64,000 bases of DNA. Origin: an uncultured bacterium (GTDB lineage Bacteria; Verrucomicrobiota; Verrucomicrobiia; Verrucomicrobiales; DEV007). Below the pieces are notes generated by a model. That model was not told the origin of the DNA and did no database searches. It was given only the letters and a program-made list of their open reading frames with translations. Below are positions 39,842 to 49,520 of this stretch, in pieces. Location of the stretch: contig CAXBMO010000018.1 of assembly GCA_963977015.1 (NCBI GenBank), positions 32,001 through 96,000 of the forward strand. The letters are read 5' to 3'. The translations under genes and the position numbers were made by a program. Numbering within the stretch: position 1 is the first letter of the stretch; the number at the start of each line of letters is the position of its first letter.

Positions 39842-40090
39842 TTACTCAGAGGATTGACGATGTCGGGAGCGTTCTTCGGGAGGCTGCGCTCCGGTGATCC
39901 AGCGAATAAAGAGAAACGGCCAAAAAATCATGCACCCGGGAATGATCATCAGCTTAAAGCCCAACTTCCCGCCTGCGGCCGCGTGATCGATCCGTTTCAC
40001 GCCGAGGAAGACAAACAGAATGGCGAAGATCAGTCCAAAGCCAAGGTAGACGGCGAGGATACTGAGAAACATTTCGATTGCTAGCGACAT
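39842..40090 (-). CDS. Small two-TM membrane protein
   Basis: YLGFGLIFAILF...RIDHAA...IIPGCMIFWPFL. Confidence 0.75.
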   Translation of the reverse strand: MSLAIEMFLSILAVYLGFGLIFAILFVFLGVKRIDHAAAGGKLGFKLMIIPGCMIFWPFLFIRWITGAQPPEERSRHRQSSE

Positions 40091-40218
40091 CCTTCACCAG
40101 ACTAACTTCGCATCCGCCCTCACTTCAACCAAAGATGATCCGGAATGATCGCGGGCTGCATCCTGGCCGTTGCCGATTCTTTCGTTCCCACGGACGCATT
40201 TCACCGCGGGCCAGACTT

Positions 40219-40548
40219 CTAGTCCCGCCGGGATTCGGAAGTTTCCACGATTTCGACTTCCACCATCTTGATGCCGTCGTCATCCGCCACCTCATCAAGC
40301 TGGCTGACTTCCGTAATCGTCGCAATATGCTCACCAGAACCATTGCCGCTTTCTTTCCCGCGGAGGAGACGACGAACTCCCAAAGCGATTCCACTTGCCG
40401 TCGCCAAAACCAGTCCCGCAACCATAAAGAAGACCGCGAACATCGAGGCGAGAATCAACAGGCCAACCGCCACCGAAACGGCGAGCACTCCACCCAGAAT
40501 CATGGGGATGGGACCAATATTTCGAGAATCGAATTGATACACTTTCAT
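40219..40548 (-). CDS. Hypothetical membrane protein
   Basis: Long hydrophobic stretch and an acidic tail; start placed at MKVYQ. Confidence 0.65.
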   Translation of the reverse strand: MKVYQFDSRNIGPIPMILGGVLAVSVAVGLLILASMFAVFFMVAGLVLATASGIALGVRRLLRGKESGNGSGEHIATITEVSQLDEVADDDGIKMVEVEIVETSESRRD

Positions 40549-40623
40549 GGTAATCTCTATCAAACGCAGAAGTGCGGGAACGGCGATTACAAGAATTCGC
40601 GCGTTTTCTATCGCGTGTCTACG

Positions 40624-40863
40624 TTAGATCTCGCTCACAGGATCCCGTTCATTTGGGCGCCCGCATTGGGGACAGACGGGAAGCGGGACATCACTTCGGT
40701 CCTCGTAATGGCAACTGCAGACTTGGCAAACCACCTGAAACTTTCGCCGTTGGCGAGCCCGGCGCACTCTCACCATCTCCCCAATAATCCATATCAGAAA
40801 TACCCCACCTAGAATGAGGAACAGGTAGATCACAATGAGTTCCGAAAGGGTAACGTGAAACAT
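40624..40863 (-). CDS. Small TM + zinc-ribbon protein
   Basis: N-terminal TM helix, then CQVC...CPQCG. Confidence 0.75.
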   Translation of the reverse strand: MFHVTLSELIVIYLFLILGGVFLIWIIGEMVRVRRARQRRKFQVVCQVCSCHYEDRSDVPLPVCPQCGRPNERDPVSEI

Positions 40864-40879
40864 GAAATACGAATCGAAC

Positions 40880-41599
40880 TTACCAGATAATTTCGATCCA
40901 GTCCTGTTGCAACGCTTCTCCAGCCTCAAAACGCAACACATTGCGCAGAATCTGGGTTTCCGCCTCAGACAGTCCGCCCTCCGGTTCTTCAGAAACGAGC
41001 AAATACAACAGCCGCCCGTCCGCCTTTACCCCAGCCTGAGCACGAAGTCTTCCATTGGGTTGGCGCAGCGCTTTCGACAATGCTGCGTTATCAACATCGA
41101 GGTTCCGACTTGCCAATTTGGGCCCGAGGCGCACCTGGAGTTCGCCGGACTGCGGTTTTTCCCCCTGGTATCCCGTCCACTTGGACTCCGGGCGTGGGGG
41201 CAGATCCATCTTCCCGGGAGCCAGCAAGGTTGAAACGCCCATCTTGGCCGCCCCATCCACCGGGCGGAGCGAGATTTCGTGATTCTGGAAGGATGGGCGA
41301 AAGGAAACTCCTGAATTGGCCAACGAATACTGAGAAAGTTCGGTCGGAGTTCCCGGTCCATACGAAAACGCCCGATCTTCCAACTCGCGAAGCAGTTGAG
41401 CGGTATCAGGCTGGGAAGGATCGAGAATGACCACCCGCATCGGTTGCACGGAAATGCGCTCGGTTTCGGGATAGACCACCTGAAAAAAGTAAAACGCCGT
41501 AATATGAGCCAGAACGGCGACAGCGATGAAAAAGCTGAGTCTCCAGTTCCATTCCCGGGAATTTCCTCCCTTAAACAACAAGCCGACAGGAAAACTCAT
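40880..41599 (-). CDS. Single-TM protein, possibly TonB/TolA-like
   Basis: FFIAVAVLAHITAF TM with His; overlaps the exbD-like stop (ATGA). Confidence 0.6.
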   Translation of the reverse strand: MSFPVGLLFKGGNSREWNWRLSFFIAVAVLAHITAFYFFQVVYPETERISVQPMRVVILDPSQPDTAQLLRELEDRAFSYGPGTPTELSQYSLANSGVSFRPSFQNHEISLRPVDGAAKMGVSTLLAPGKMDLPPRPESKWTGYQGEKPQSGELQVRLGPKLASRNLDVDNAALSKALRQPNGRLRAQAGVKADGRLLYLLVSEEPEGGLSEAETQILRNVLRFEAGEALQQDWIEIIW

Positions 41600-42006
41600 C
41601 GGAACTGGGGTGCCTGAGTCGTGGCGTAAGCGATCTCCAAACCGTGCCGGTGGATAATGTTCGAAACCTTCATCACCAACCCGTGCGGCGCCATCTGATC
41701 AGCCCGGATGATGACGTGACGAATATTTGGCCCAGCCTCGTCCAGATAATCGCCCAGTTCCCCAAGCGTAACCTTGTGCTCGTTGAAGTAGAGTTCAGGA
41801 CTTGCTCCGGGCAAAATCGTGACCACGTGAGAAGCGTTGATCGGAGGGAGGCTTGCTTCCGATGAAGGGACCGTTACCGAAACTCCGGATTTGAGGACGA
41901 AGCTTGATCCAAGCAGGAAAAAGACCAACAGGAGCAACACGACATCCATGAGCGGAGCCGTGTAGAGAAATCCAGCGTTGTCTCTGAGCGAACTTTCCAG
42001 CTTCAT
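41596..42006 (-). CDS. exbD: ExbD/TolR-family protein
   Basis: APLMDVVLLLLVFFL with the conserved Asp; VIIRADQMAPHGLV. Confidence 0.88.
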   Translation of the reverse strand: MKLESSLRDNAGFLYTAPLMDVVLLLLVFFLLGSSFVLKSGVSVTVPSSEASLPPINASHVVTILPGASPELYFNEHKVTLGELGDYLDEAGPNIRHVIIRADQMAPHGLVMKVSNIIHRHGLEIAYATTQAPQFR

Positions 42007-42052
42007 TGCCGGATTCTAGGTTAAAGCTTGGGCTGGAGCAACTTTCCGTGCT

Positions 42053-42790
42053 TCAGCGTGTTTCGACCTTGCCATTGGGTTTGTCAGAACTGCCGGAGCC
42101 GTCACCGGCAGACGCCTCGGCTTCCAACTGTGCCTGCCGAAACTCGATGATATCGCTGCGATTATTGCGGCTGTCGTGAATGATGTTCACGATCTCGATA
42201 CCAGCGCGTTCCATGTCATGCATCAGGGTCCGGGCAAACGAGGAGAGATAGGCGTAAAACGTAAATGCAGGAATCGCCACCACCATGCCGACCGCCGAGG
42301 TGATCAAACTTTCATACAACCCACTCGAAATCTGCGCCGGTGTCGCATATCCGCTGTTTTCGCTGATTTGGATGAAAACGCGTAGCAGTCCGACAACCGT
42401 GCCCAGCAAACCAATCAGCGGCGCGACATAGGCAATGTTGCGAAGCACTGCGAGATTCTTCTCCAATTTGGGGACTTCCAATTGTCCGGCTTCCTCAACA
42501 ATCTGCCGGAGTTCTGCCCGGGGAAGCTCATTTCGCAAAATCGCAGCGTGCACCACTCGCGCCACCGGCCCCGGAGTCCCCGCACTCTCATGGATGGCCT
42601 CCGCGTAATTCCGATGCCTGATCAAATTCGCCAATCCATAGAGCAAGTCACTGACACTCACCCGCGACCGGTGAAACATCAGGTAGCGTTCCAGAAATAT
42701 TCCGATCGAAAAAATACTGCATCCTATCAAGAGCCAAACTAATGGCCCGCCTTCCCAGATGAGAGGTCCTTTGGTAACTGCAAATATCAT
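42053..42790 (-). CDS. exbB: MotA/TolQ/ExbB proton channel
   Basis: GGPLVW, APLIGLLGTVVG, ESLITSAVGMVVAIPA. Confidence 0.9.
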   Translation of the reverse strand: MIFAVTKGPLIWEGGPLVWLLIGCSIFSIGIFLERYLMFHRSRVSVSDLLYGLANLIRHRNYAEAIHESAGTPGPVARVVHAAILRNELPRAELRQIVEEAGQLEVPKLEKNLAVLRNIAYVAPLIGLLGTVVGLLRVFIQISENSGYATPAQISSGLYESLITSAVGMVVAIPAFTFYAYLSSFARTLMHDMERAGIEIVNIIHDSRNNRSDIIEFRQAQLEAEASAGDGSGSSDKPNGKVETR

Positions 42791-42913
42791 GTTTTAAGGT
42801 TGAGCGGCCTTGGTCTGGGAATACCAGTTGGCTGTTCCCTTGTAAAGAAGTCAGTCGCAAAAAGTTTAGACGAATCATTCCTGGGCTTCATCCAACTCAT
42901 TTCGCGCTCCCCC

Positions 42914-43435
42914 TTAATTGTATTGAAGAAACGGTCCTTCCGTGGACTCTGCTACCGCCTCATTTGGAGGCGAATACGTCGATCGGCTCCGCATAATTTG
43001 CCCAAGATGGCCCAGCATGCCCTCGGCGACCTGCTTCGCATGAAGGCGGACCACGCCAACCGCTACCCCGTCCCGAAATGCGGCCAACAACGCAAATTCA
43101 TCGCTGACGGGATGAACCAACAAATGACACTCCTCACCATGACACAGAACCTCGGGAGAAGAGGGCTCCCCCAACTGGCCGGCAATCATTTGCGTGGTCG
43201 CGAACAGTCCCGCAACCAACACGCCGAGCGAATCCGGATCGGGAGCAGCTTTCGCCGCATTCGGCTTCAATTCATTGACGATCACCGCCCCGCTGCGCTC
43301 AATCAGAGCAACCACTTCGCACTCGGTTCCTGCCAGAAAATTGCGCATCATCCCCCGAAACTCGCGTGCGGTTTCCGTGGTGATATTGAGATGATAGTCC
43401 CCGGATGAAGCCTGGACGTTACTAGCGCTTTCCAT
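42914..43435 (-). CDS. mglB: Roadblock/LC7 protein, MglB-like
   Basis: VALIERSGAVI, SLGVLVAGLFATTQMIA, VGVVRL; adjacent to mglA. Confidence 0.85.
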   Translation of the reverse strand: MESASNVQASSGDYHLNITTETAREFRGMMRNFLAGTECEVVALIERSGAVIVNELKPNAAKAAPDPDSLGVLVAGLFATTQMIAGQLGEPSSPEVLCHGEECHLLVHPVSDEFALLAAFRDGVAVGVVRLHAKQVAEGMLGHLGQIMRSRSTYSPPNEAVAESTEGPFLQYN

Positions 43436-43482
43436 TCTGTGTGCGTGAAATTTAATAGCGTCGCGCTGGAGACGCGACTCGG

Positions 43483-44145
43483 TCAGTGAGCGATGGCCGT
43501 CGCCGAATCGTCGGCGCTGGTCGATCCAGGCCGGATTGCGGGTTCTTCGTCACTTAATTCGTGAAATCGCCGGATCGTCTCCTGAGCAACCTCGTTCAAC
43601 GTAGCAAAGACATTGTAACCCTGAGATGCGACCGCCTCAAAAACAGGCACTGGCTTCTCGCGCTGATTCAGCACCAAATTCAGGTGATCAACCGCAACCG
43701 CGTCAGGAAGATCGCGCTTGTTGTATTGCAAAACAAAAGGGAGCTCATCCAGGGAAGAACCACCAGATTCCACGATGTTCTCCTCCATCGTCTTGAGAGC
43801 CTGAACGTTTTCCTCCAGCTTGTCCGCCGAAGAATCCGCCACAAAAACGAGACCATCAACACCTCGGAGCACCAACTGGCGGGTCGCATTGTAAGCCACC
43901 TGACCGGGCACCGTGTAGAGCTGAAATCTCGTGTGGTATCCCTGAATCAACACGGCATCGATCGGCAGATAATCGAAAAACACTGTCCGATCGGTGGAGG
44001 TCGCCATCGAAAGCAACTCACCCCGCTGATCATCTTCAATGCGGGAGTGAATGTATTGAAGGTTCGTCGTTTTCCCGCTGAACGCAGGTCCGCAGAAAAC
44101 GATTTTGAACTGAACTTCGCGAGTGTCGTGATTTACGAGAGCCAT
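43483..44145 (-). CDS. mglA: MglA-family small Ras-like GTPase
   Basis: GPAFSGKTTNL, DRTVFFD, LYTVPGQVAYNATR, VFVADS, QYNKRDL. Confidence 0.95.
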   Translation of the reverse strand: MALVNHDTREVQFKIVFCGPAFSGKTTNLQYIHSRIEDDQRGELLSMATSTDRTVFFDYLPIDAVLIQGYHTRFQLYTVPGQVAYNATRQLVLRGVDGLVFVADSSADKLEENVQALKTMEENIVESGGSSLDELPFVLQYNKRDLPDAVAVDHLNLVLNQREKPVPVFEAVASQGYNVFATLNEVAQETIRRFHELSDEEPAIRPGSTSADDSATAIAH

Positions 44146-44225
44146 TTTTCCAGTGCCCCTGATTATTAAGAGACGTATCTATTTAGGCGGATTTACCGAA
44201 GTTGCAAACACGAGTTGTAAAAATG

Positions 44226-46562
44226 TTAGGATCCCGATTCACAATCAATCAAGCGCTTGGCGCCTCGAATGATCAGCACCAGTTTCTCGCTCATTCCGGC
44301 CGGAAGACCGGCATCCTCATGAAGCACGCTAAGGCACAAATTGCCTTCGCTGTAGAAACTAATCACTCCGTGACTCGTATGAATCGTAAAGGCCTCACTC
44401 GTCTCAAAGCCCAGGTCGACAGCCAAGCCGGTAACCCGATCAAAAACGCGACACATGGTCTCGGGCAATTTCTCCTTGGCACGCTCAAGAGGCACTTTTT
44501 CACCAAAGATTCGGCATTCGCTATCGAACAGAACACAGCCCTCGATTCCCGGTAAATTGGCAGCCAATTCCGCGATTCGCTGCGGGGTGAACTGATCTTC
44601 AGTCCCAAACACCGCCCGCAATTCCAGATCCCGAGCCGGCGCTTGAAAGTCCAAGCCACCGAACCCCATGGCTCCATTCGCAGATCTTGCTCCGGCAGAA
44701 ACCTGCGGACGGGAGGCCACATTGCTGGTCTCTTCTGGCGCGACCACCGCAGCTTCACGCTCAACCTCGACGCTCTGTTCGGCGACAGGCTCGTCAAGTC
44801 CGTCAACATCAGGAACGAGATCTCCGCCCAAAACTTCAGCTTCGACCGGAGAAGGGCCTGAACTCTCCGTCACCATTTCTCCATACCCATCATCTGGCGA
44901 TCCATCTTCCTCTTCTGCTGTCGGAATCTCAATTTCCATCGGCGCTCCCAGGGCATCAAATTCACCCAATCCCTCATCCTGCCCTGACGCGGCAACCGAC
45001 TCCTCATCGAGCACAACTTCAGGAAAAGCTCCAATTTCTGATTCAACAGTATCCGCCTCCGCATCAACTTCGTCGGTGAAAACTTCGTCCTCAGGAGCAG
45101 GAACAACCTCCGGCACCTTTTTGGTTTGCAAAAAGGCCTTCATCATTTCAGCCGACTCATCGGCATCTTCCTCAGCCCTCACCGGCTCCGACGGAGTCGC
45201 GATCACCTCAGCGACGGTGGTGACGGCATCCTGACGAGCCCCCTCGGAGAACGGCGTCTCCATCGGTGGCGCATCAACCGGAGGCTTTGCCTGAGGCGGG
45301 CTCAAGGCATCCGCTGGAAGCTGTCGAAAAATGTCCTTCAACGGCAGCGCAACCTGAAGATTGGGATTGGCCGCAGCCAAGAATGGCTTGGAAGGCTGAT
45401 CCGCATATTGCATCAACTGCGCAACGGACAGACTGACTCTGCCTGATGAAAGCTGAGATTTCACCACCATGAGAGGAACCTTGATCCGTGCTGTCGGAGC
45501 AATAGACGCCGGCTCGATGCCCAAGGTGGAAGCATCCATCGGCATGAGAAGTTGAACCAACCCAAACAATAGAGCCGGTTCTCCAGTTGCCGTAACCGCC
45601 TTCTCAAGCTCCGGCTGAGGCTCGACCTCCAATTGCGGAGCAACCGCCTGATCACCAACCGGTTTTTGAGGAGAAAGATCAAATCGTTCCGTAATTCCGC
45701 CACCAGGCGCACCCGGCCCTGGACCAAACGAGGAAGGAGGAATCGTCGATTTCACAGCCGCGACCGGCACTGAGACCACCCCATCAACAGGAGCCTCACC
45801 AACGGCAGCCGCACCCGGCTTGGGATTCGCCACTTGAAACGGAGAAGCCTTCACCTGGTTTGGAGGCATTGCATTAAAAGGGGATCCATTCGCGCCTTGA
45901 GAAGGAACGGGCGGCGGGGTCATTTTGGGGCCCACGGTGGTCGCGGGTGTGTTCACGACCATAAACGGGCTTTCCGAAGCTGCGTCCGGTTTCCCAACGG
46001 CGACAGCATTCGCTGATGGGACTGGAACTTCGGCTTTTTGAGATGCCGCAATGGGAGCAAGTCGTTGCGGCAATTCAGGCTGCGCAACAGGAGCTTCCGC
46101 TGACGCTTCAACAGGCGTTTCCGGCATCGCCAATCGAATCGCAATATCGTTCGCTTCAGTAATCGGTTGCGAAAACAGATGTGGACAGGCGCTGTAGACC
46201 TTCCCCAGAGTTGTCGAGACAACCTGATTGATCGAGTCTTCTCCCGACGAAGGAATCTGCAAAGTGATCCGATGCTGCGGGGGAGCGACCGCTGAAAGAA
46301 GATGCGCAGGAATCGCCGCAACAAGCTCCTGGGCATCGAACGTAAGGGCTCGAACAGGCCCAGCCTCACTCACTTGAAACGGGGAAGGCATAACCGGAGA
46401 AACCCGACTTCCAACCGAACTCGGAGGCGCCGGGCTGAAAGGCAGCCCCCCGTGAGAATCAACCCCATTCCCTGAGAGGCTGCTTTGCGTTGCCGTTGGG
46501 ACATCAGGATGAGGCAAGCCATCTTCAGTTTTGCCAAAAAGATTTCGGAATGGGAAGGCCAT
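44226..46562 (-). CDS. Large Pro-rich/acidic protein with a C-terminal roadblock-like domain
   Basis: Start MAFPFRNLFGK; disordered Pro- and Asp/Glu-rich tracts; C-terminal LPGIEGCVLFDSECRIF...ISFY...LSVLH. Confidence 0.75.
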   Translation of the reverse strand: MAFPFRNLFGKTEDGLPHPDVPTATQSSLSGNGVDSHGGLPFSPAPPSSVGSRVSPVMPSPFQVSEAGPVRALTFDAQELVAAIPAHLLSAVAPPQHRITLQIPSSGEDSINQVVSTTLGKVYSACPHLFSQPITEANDIAIRLAMPETPVEASAEAPVAQPELPQRLAPIAASQKAEVPVPSANAVAVGKPDAASESPFMVVNTPATTVGPKMTPPPVPSQGANGSPFNAMPPNQVKASPFQVANPKPGAAAVGEAPVDGVVSVPVAAVKSTIPPSSFGPGPGAPGGGITERFDLSPQKPVGDQAVAPQLEVEPQPELEKAVTATGEPALLFGLVQLLMPMDASTLGIEPASIAPTARIKVPLMVVKSQLSSGRVSLSVAQLMQYADQPSKPFLAAANPNLQVALPLKDIFRQLPADALSPPQAKPPVDAPPMETPFSEGARQDAVTTVAEVIATPSEPVRAEEDADESAEMMKAFLQTKKVPEVVPAPEDEVFTDEVDAEADTVESEIGAFPEVVLDEESVAASGQDEGLGEFDALGAPMEIEIPTAEEEDGSPDDGYGEMVTESSGPSPVEAEVLGGDLVPDVDGLDEPVAEQSVEVEREAAVVAPEETSNVASRPQVSAGARSANGAMGFGGLDFQAPARDLELRAVFGTEDQFTPQRIAELAANLPGIEGCVLFDSECRIFGEKVPLERAKEKLPETMCRVFDRVTGLAVDLGFETSEAFTIHTSHGVISFYSEGNLCLSVLHEDAGLPAGMSEKLVLIIRGAKRLIDCESGS

Positions 46563-46627
46563 TGGGTTTGGGAATATTAATTTTGGGTCTCGCAAAAACG
46601 CAAAAAGGCGTTTGCTGACATTAGTAT

Positions 46628-46641
46628 TAAGGAAATCCTAA
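46628..46641. promoter_or_regulatory. Imperfect 14-bp palindrome upstream of the roadblock-mglA-mglB genes
   Basis: TAAGGAAATCCTAA, similar to TTAGGTTATCCTAA at 31817-31830. Confidence 0.4.
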
Positions 46642-46783
46642 TTTTTACAAGTGCTTAATTGCAATGGCAGCTTTGTTAGGAAACTGGGCAAGCAGAAGCC
46701 CCCGATTATCAGCCTTTTACTACCCGAACTTTTTTTTGCGCCCGCCAGCCCCACGGTGTTCCCGCACCCTGAAGTCAAACCAC

Positions 46784-48379
46784 TTATCGCCGAACCCAGG
46801 ACCGCGAAACCAATTGGTCGATGGTCAAATACGGACGTCCATTCTCAAATTCGTCCCATCGAAGCTGAACTTCACCAGCCAATGGATCTTCCTGCCAGGA
46901 GAGTTGCTCCACCATCCGTCGCCCGGCATCCGAATCTTTTGCCACGAATGCATAACGCGTGAACCCAGGATAAGGCGGATCGATCTTGTAGCAGACCAAG
47001 TTCTCAACGTCCGGAATCTGATCACGGTCGGACTCCCAATACGTCACGCGCTGAATGACGACGCGGAATGCTTGCGAGGTCTGATCACGCTCCTCAATAA
47101 ACTCCTGAAAGTGGCGATCCTTGAATTCGACAAAGAGATCCCAATCCAATCCCAGGGTTTGGTTTTCTTCCACCACGATCACCGGAAAACCATCTTGCTG
47201 ATTGGAAAACGTGAGAAAGAAAACATAAACCTTTCGCCCGCCGGGCCGGGGCTCGGTGTGAAAGTAGTCCAAGCGATAGTCCAAAAACGGAAGATCCACG
47301 TGGTTGGCATAATACTCAGCAACCTCTGCTCTCTGCTCATTGCCCTTGTGAATATAGGGAAGACGCGCCTCCCAGTTCTCACCTTCCAAAAATCCACGAA
47401 TCGCCCGTCGCGCCGGTTCCAGAATGGCATTCTGGTTGGCTTTCAACAGCGAGACTTTTTCATCAGCGGGCGCGGCAACCACTGCGGCATCACTCCCGGA
47501 GACAGGCCGCAACGGCTCATCGACTGGCGGCTCTTCCTCGACCGAGGCAGGCTTGGCTTCCGCGAGTTCCGTGGGCCGTTTGTCAGGAACGGGCTCAGAA
47601 ACAGGTTCAGGTTCAGCCGGAACTGTTTCGGAAACGCCCTCTTCGTGAGCAGGCTCAACCGCAATGTCAGGCGCGGTGGCAGGAGACATCACTTCTTCAG
47701 GAGCCGTTTGATAATCCAAGTCAGCTCCGCTTGAAGGCTCATTTGCCTGAATCTCAGGCGGATTGAGTCCGAGCAAATCTCGACTCCAAACCACATAACT
47801 CATCAATCCAATAATGGCGGCAGCCAGAGCGATCCATCCCAACGGCGAAGAACTCCCAGCCTTGGTCTTTGCCTTGCTGTAGGAAGGCAGGGGATCCACC
47901 ACTCCGGGAGACGGCAGTTGTTCGGCCGTCTGCGGCACGCCCAAATCACCACGCTGAGCAGGCGGGTTCGCAAGCGGAGGAAGCCCCGATGGCAGCGGAG
48001 GCATTCCCGGATTTGCAGAAGGAGCCGCAACTGGCGGAGTGGGATTTTCCGGTTGTGGGCCAGGATTCCCCACCAATCCTCCAACCCGGTTCGGAGTTGA
48101 AACCGGGCTTACCGGTGCAGGCTGGGGATCAGGAATCGGGACGGGGACGCGATCGGATTCAGGAGACGGCTGCACGGGTGATGGAGCCGGGCTTGGGGGA
48201 GCAACGGCGGCGGGAAACGGACTGACCGAATGATAAACCTGCGGCGCCTGAGGAGCAGTGATCGTCTCCCCACACGACGGACATGGCCCCGTTTCGCCGG
48301 CCAGCTCCCGGCTAACCTGCAGCGTAATTCCGCATGATGAACAGGAAAAGTTCAATATGTCCTGATTTGCAGGGTGCAT
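46784..48379 (-). CDS. Zinc-ribbon / Pro-rich linker / single-TM protein with an extracytoplasmic C-terminal domain
   Basis: CSSCG...CPSCG at the N-terminus; TM WIALAAAIIGLMSYVVW. Confidence 0.8.
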   Translation of the reverse strand: MHPANQDILNFSCSSCGITLQVSRELAGETGPCPSCGETITAPQAPQVYHSVSPFPAAVAPPSPAPSPVQPSPESDRVPVPIPDPQPAPVSPVSTPNRVGGLVGNPGPQPENPTPPVAAPSANPGMPPLPSGLPPLANPPAQRGDLGVPQTAEQLPSPGVVDPLPSYSKAKTKAGSSSPLGWIALAAAIIGLMSYVVWSRDLLGLNPPEIQANEPSSGADLDYQTAPEEVMSPATAPDIAVEPAHEEGVSETVPAEPEPVSEPVPDKRPTELAEAKPASVEEEPPVDEPLRPVSGSDAAVVAAPADEKVSLLKANQNAILEPARRAIRGFLEGENWEARLPYIHKGNEQRAEVAEYYANHVDLPFLDYRLDYFHTEPRPGGRKVYVFFLTFSNQQDGFPVIVVEENQTLGLDWDLFVEFKDRHFQEFIEERDQTSQAFRVVIQRVTYWESDRDQIPDVENLVCYKIDPPYPGFTRYAFVAKDSDAGRRMVEQLSWQEDPLAGEVQLRWDEFENGRPYLTIDQLVSRSWVRR

Positions 48380-48629
48380 CGATTTGGCGTGGGGTGGTGG
48401 GATTAATCGTTCAGGGCGAGATTGCGGTCTCTCAGTGCTTCGAGGGCATCAATAATCAGTTAACTCTAACTAAATATTCGCGTCAAGTAGTACCTTGTTA
48501 GGGCCTGACTGGTCCAAAAACATCGCGTTTTTGACCCCTTTTTGCTCGGAAACCTTCAGCAACATGGTTAACATCTTTCTGATCATTGTTGTTTTTTCCC
48601 TCCCCTCAACACCTACAAACACTACTTCC

Positions 48630-48887
48630 ATGAAATTGAAACGCTCAACCCTCCAACTCTTGGCGGTCGTTTTGGCTGCAATTACGCTGTCTTCATGTCA
48701 GTCCTACAGCTACGCTCATCGCGGAGCCGTCAACGGCGCACTTCTCGGTGCGGGACTCGGTGCTCTCATCGGTTCCGGCGGCGGAAACGCAGGCAAAGGT
48801 GCCTTGATCGGCGGACTCGCGGGCTCCCTCGGTGGCGCCGTGATTGGCAACCGCAAAGATGGTTACTACTACCGCGGCTACCGCTAA
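48630..48887 (+). CDS. Glycine-zipper lipoprotein
   Basis: Lipobox LSSC; GALLGAGLGALIG...GALIGGLAGSLGGAVIG. Confidence 0.85.
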   Translation: MKLKRSTLQLLAVVLAAITLSSCQSYSYAHRGAVNGALLGAGLGALIGSGGGNAGKGALIGGLAGSLGGAVIGNRKDGYYYRGYR

Positions 48888-49456
48888 GCTTCCGGCTCGC
48901 GAAATTTGGTTGAAATAGTCACGGTGCGACTCATTAGATCGTGCCATCCTCGATTTCTCGGATCGATCAGGATCCAGAGGAAGCCGATTCCCAATGGCAA
49001 TCCAATGAACCAGGCCATGATGCCTTCCGGCATGGTCCCGATCAGAAGTTGGCTCTCCATTCCCGGCCAAATCAGCTTGAACGGGATAATGGGCAACATC
49101 GCGACCACGTATCCCAAATAGCGGACAATCAGTCTCCCCCAACTCGGCCGTCCTCCTGTTTTCGAGTCCACGATTTTCAACTCGAAAATCCGCTTTCCCG
49201 GCGTCGTTTGCCAGTGGTGCCACATCGCGACGACGAGCGCAATCAAAGCCAGGTCGATCGGGATTTCAATCCACCACGGGATGCTCAAATCCCCTGTCCC
49301 ACCTTGATTCAGGACCCGCATTGAAAGCGGAACCAACGCGGCACACGCCACCATCATCACAATCGCCAGGTCGATCGAGTGGGCGATCAGGCGAATCCAG
49401 AAATTTGCCCCTTTGACCAGCGGCGGTTCTTCGGATTTTGATTCAGCGGCATCCAT
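48884..49456 (-). CDS. RDD-family membrane protein
   Basis: FWIRLIAHSID, TPGKRIFELKIVD, RGWHD. Confidence 0.9.
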   Translation of the reverse strand: MDAAESKSEEPPLVKGANFWIRLIAHSIDLAIVMMVACAALVPLSMRVLNQGGTGDLSIPWWIEIPIDLALIALVVAMWHHWQTTPGKRIFELKIVDSKTGGRPSWGRLIVRYLGYVVAMLPIIPFKLIWPGMESQLLIGTMPEGIMAWFIGLPLGIGFLWILIDPRNRGWHDLMSRTVTISTKFREPEA

Positions 49457-49520
49457 CCTCTCTCACCTACACAGGCCCATTCCGCGTTGCAAACTCGGTT
49501 TGTCGCGAAACAGTGAAGTC

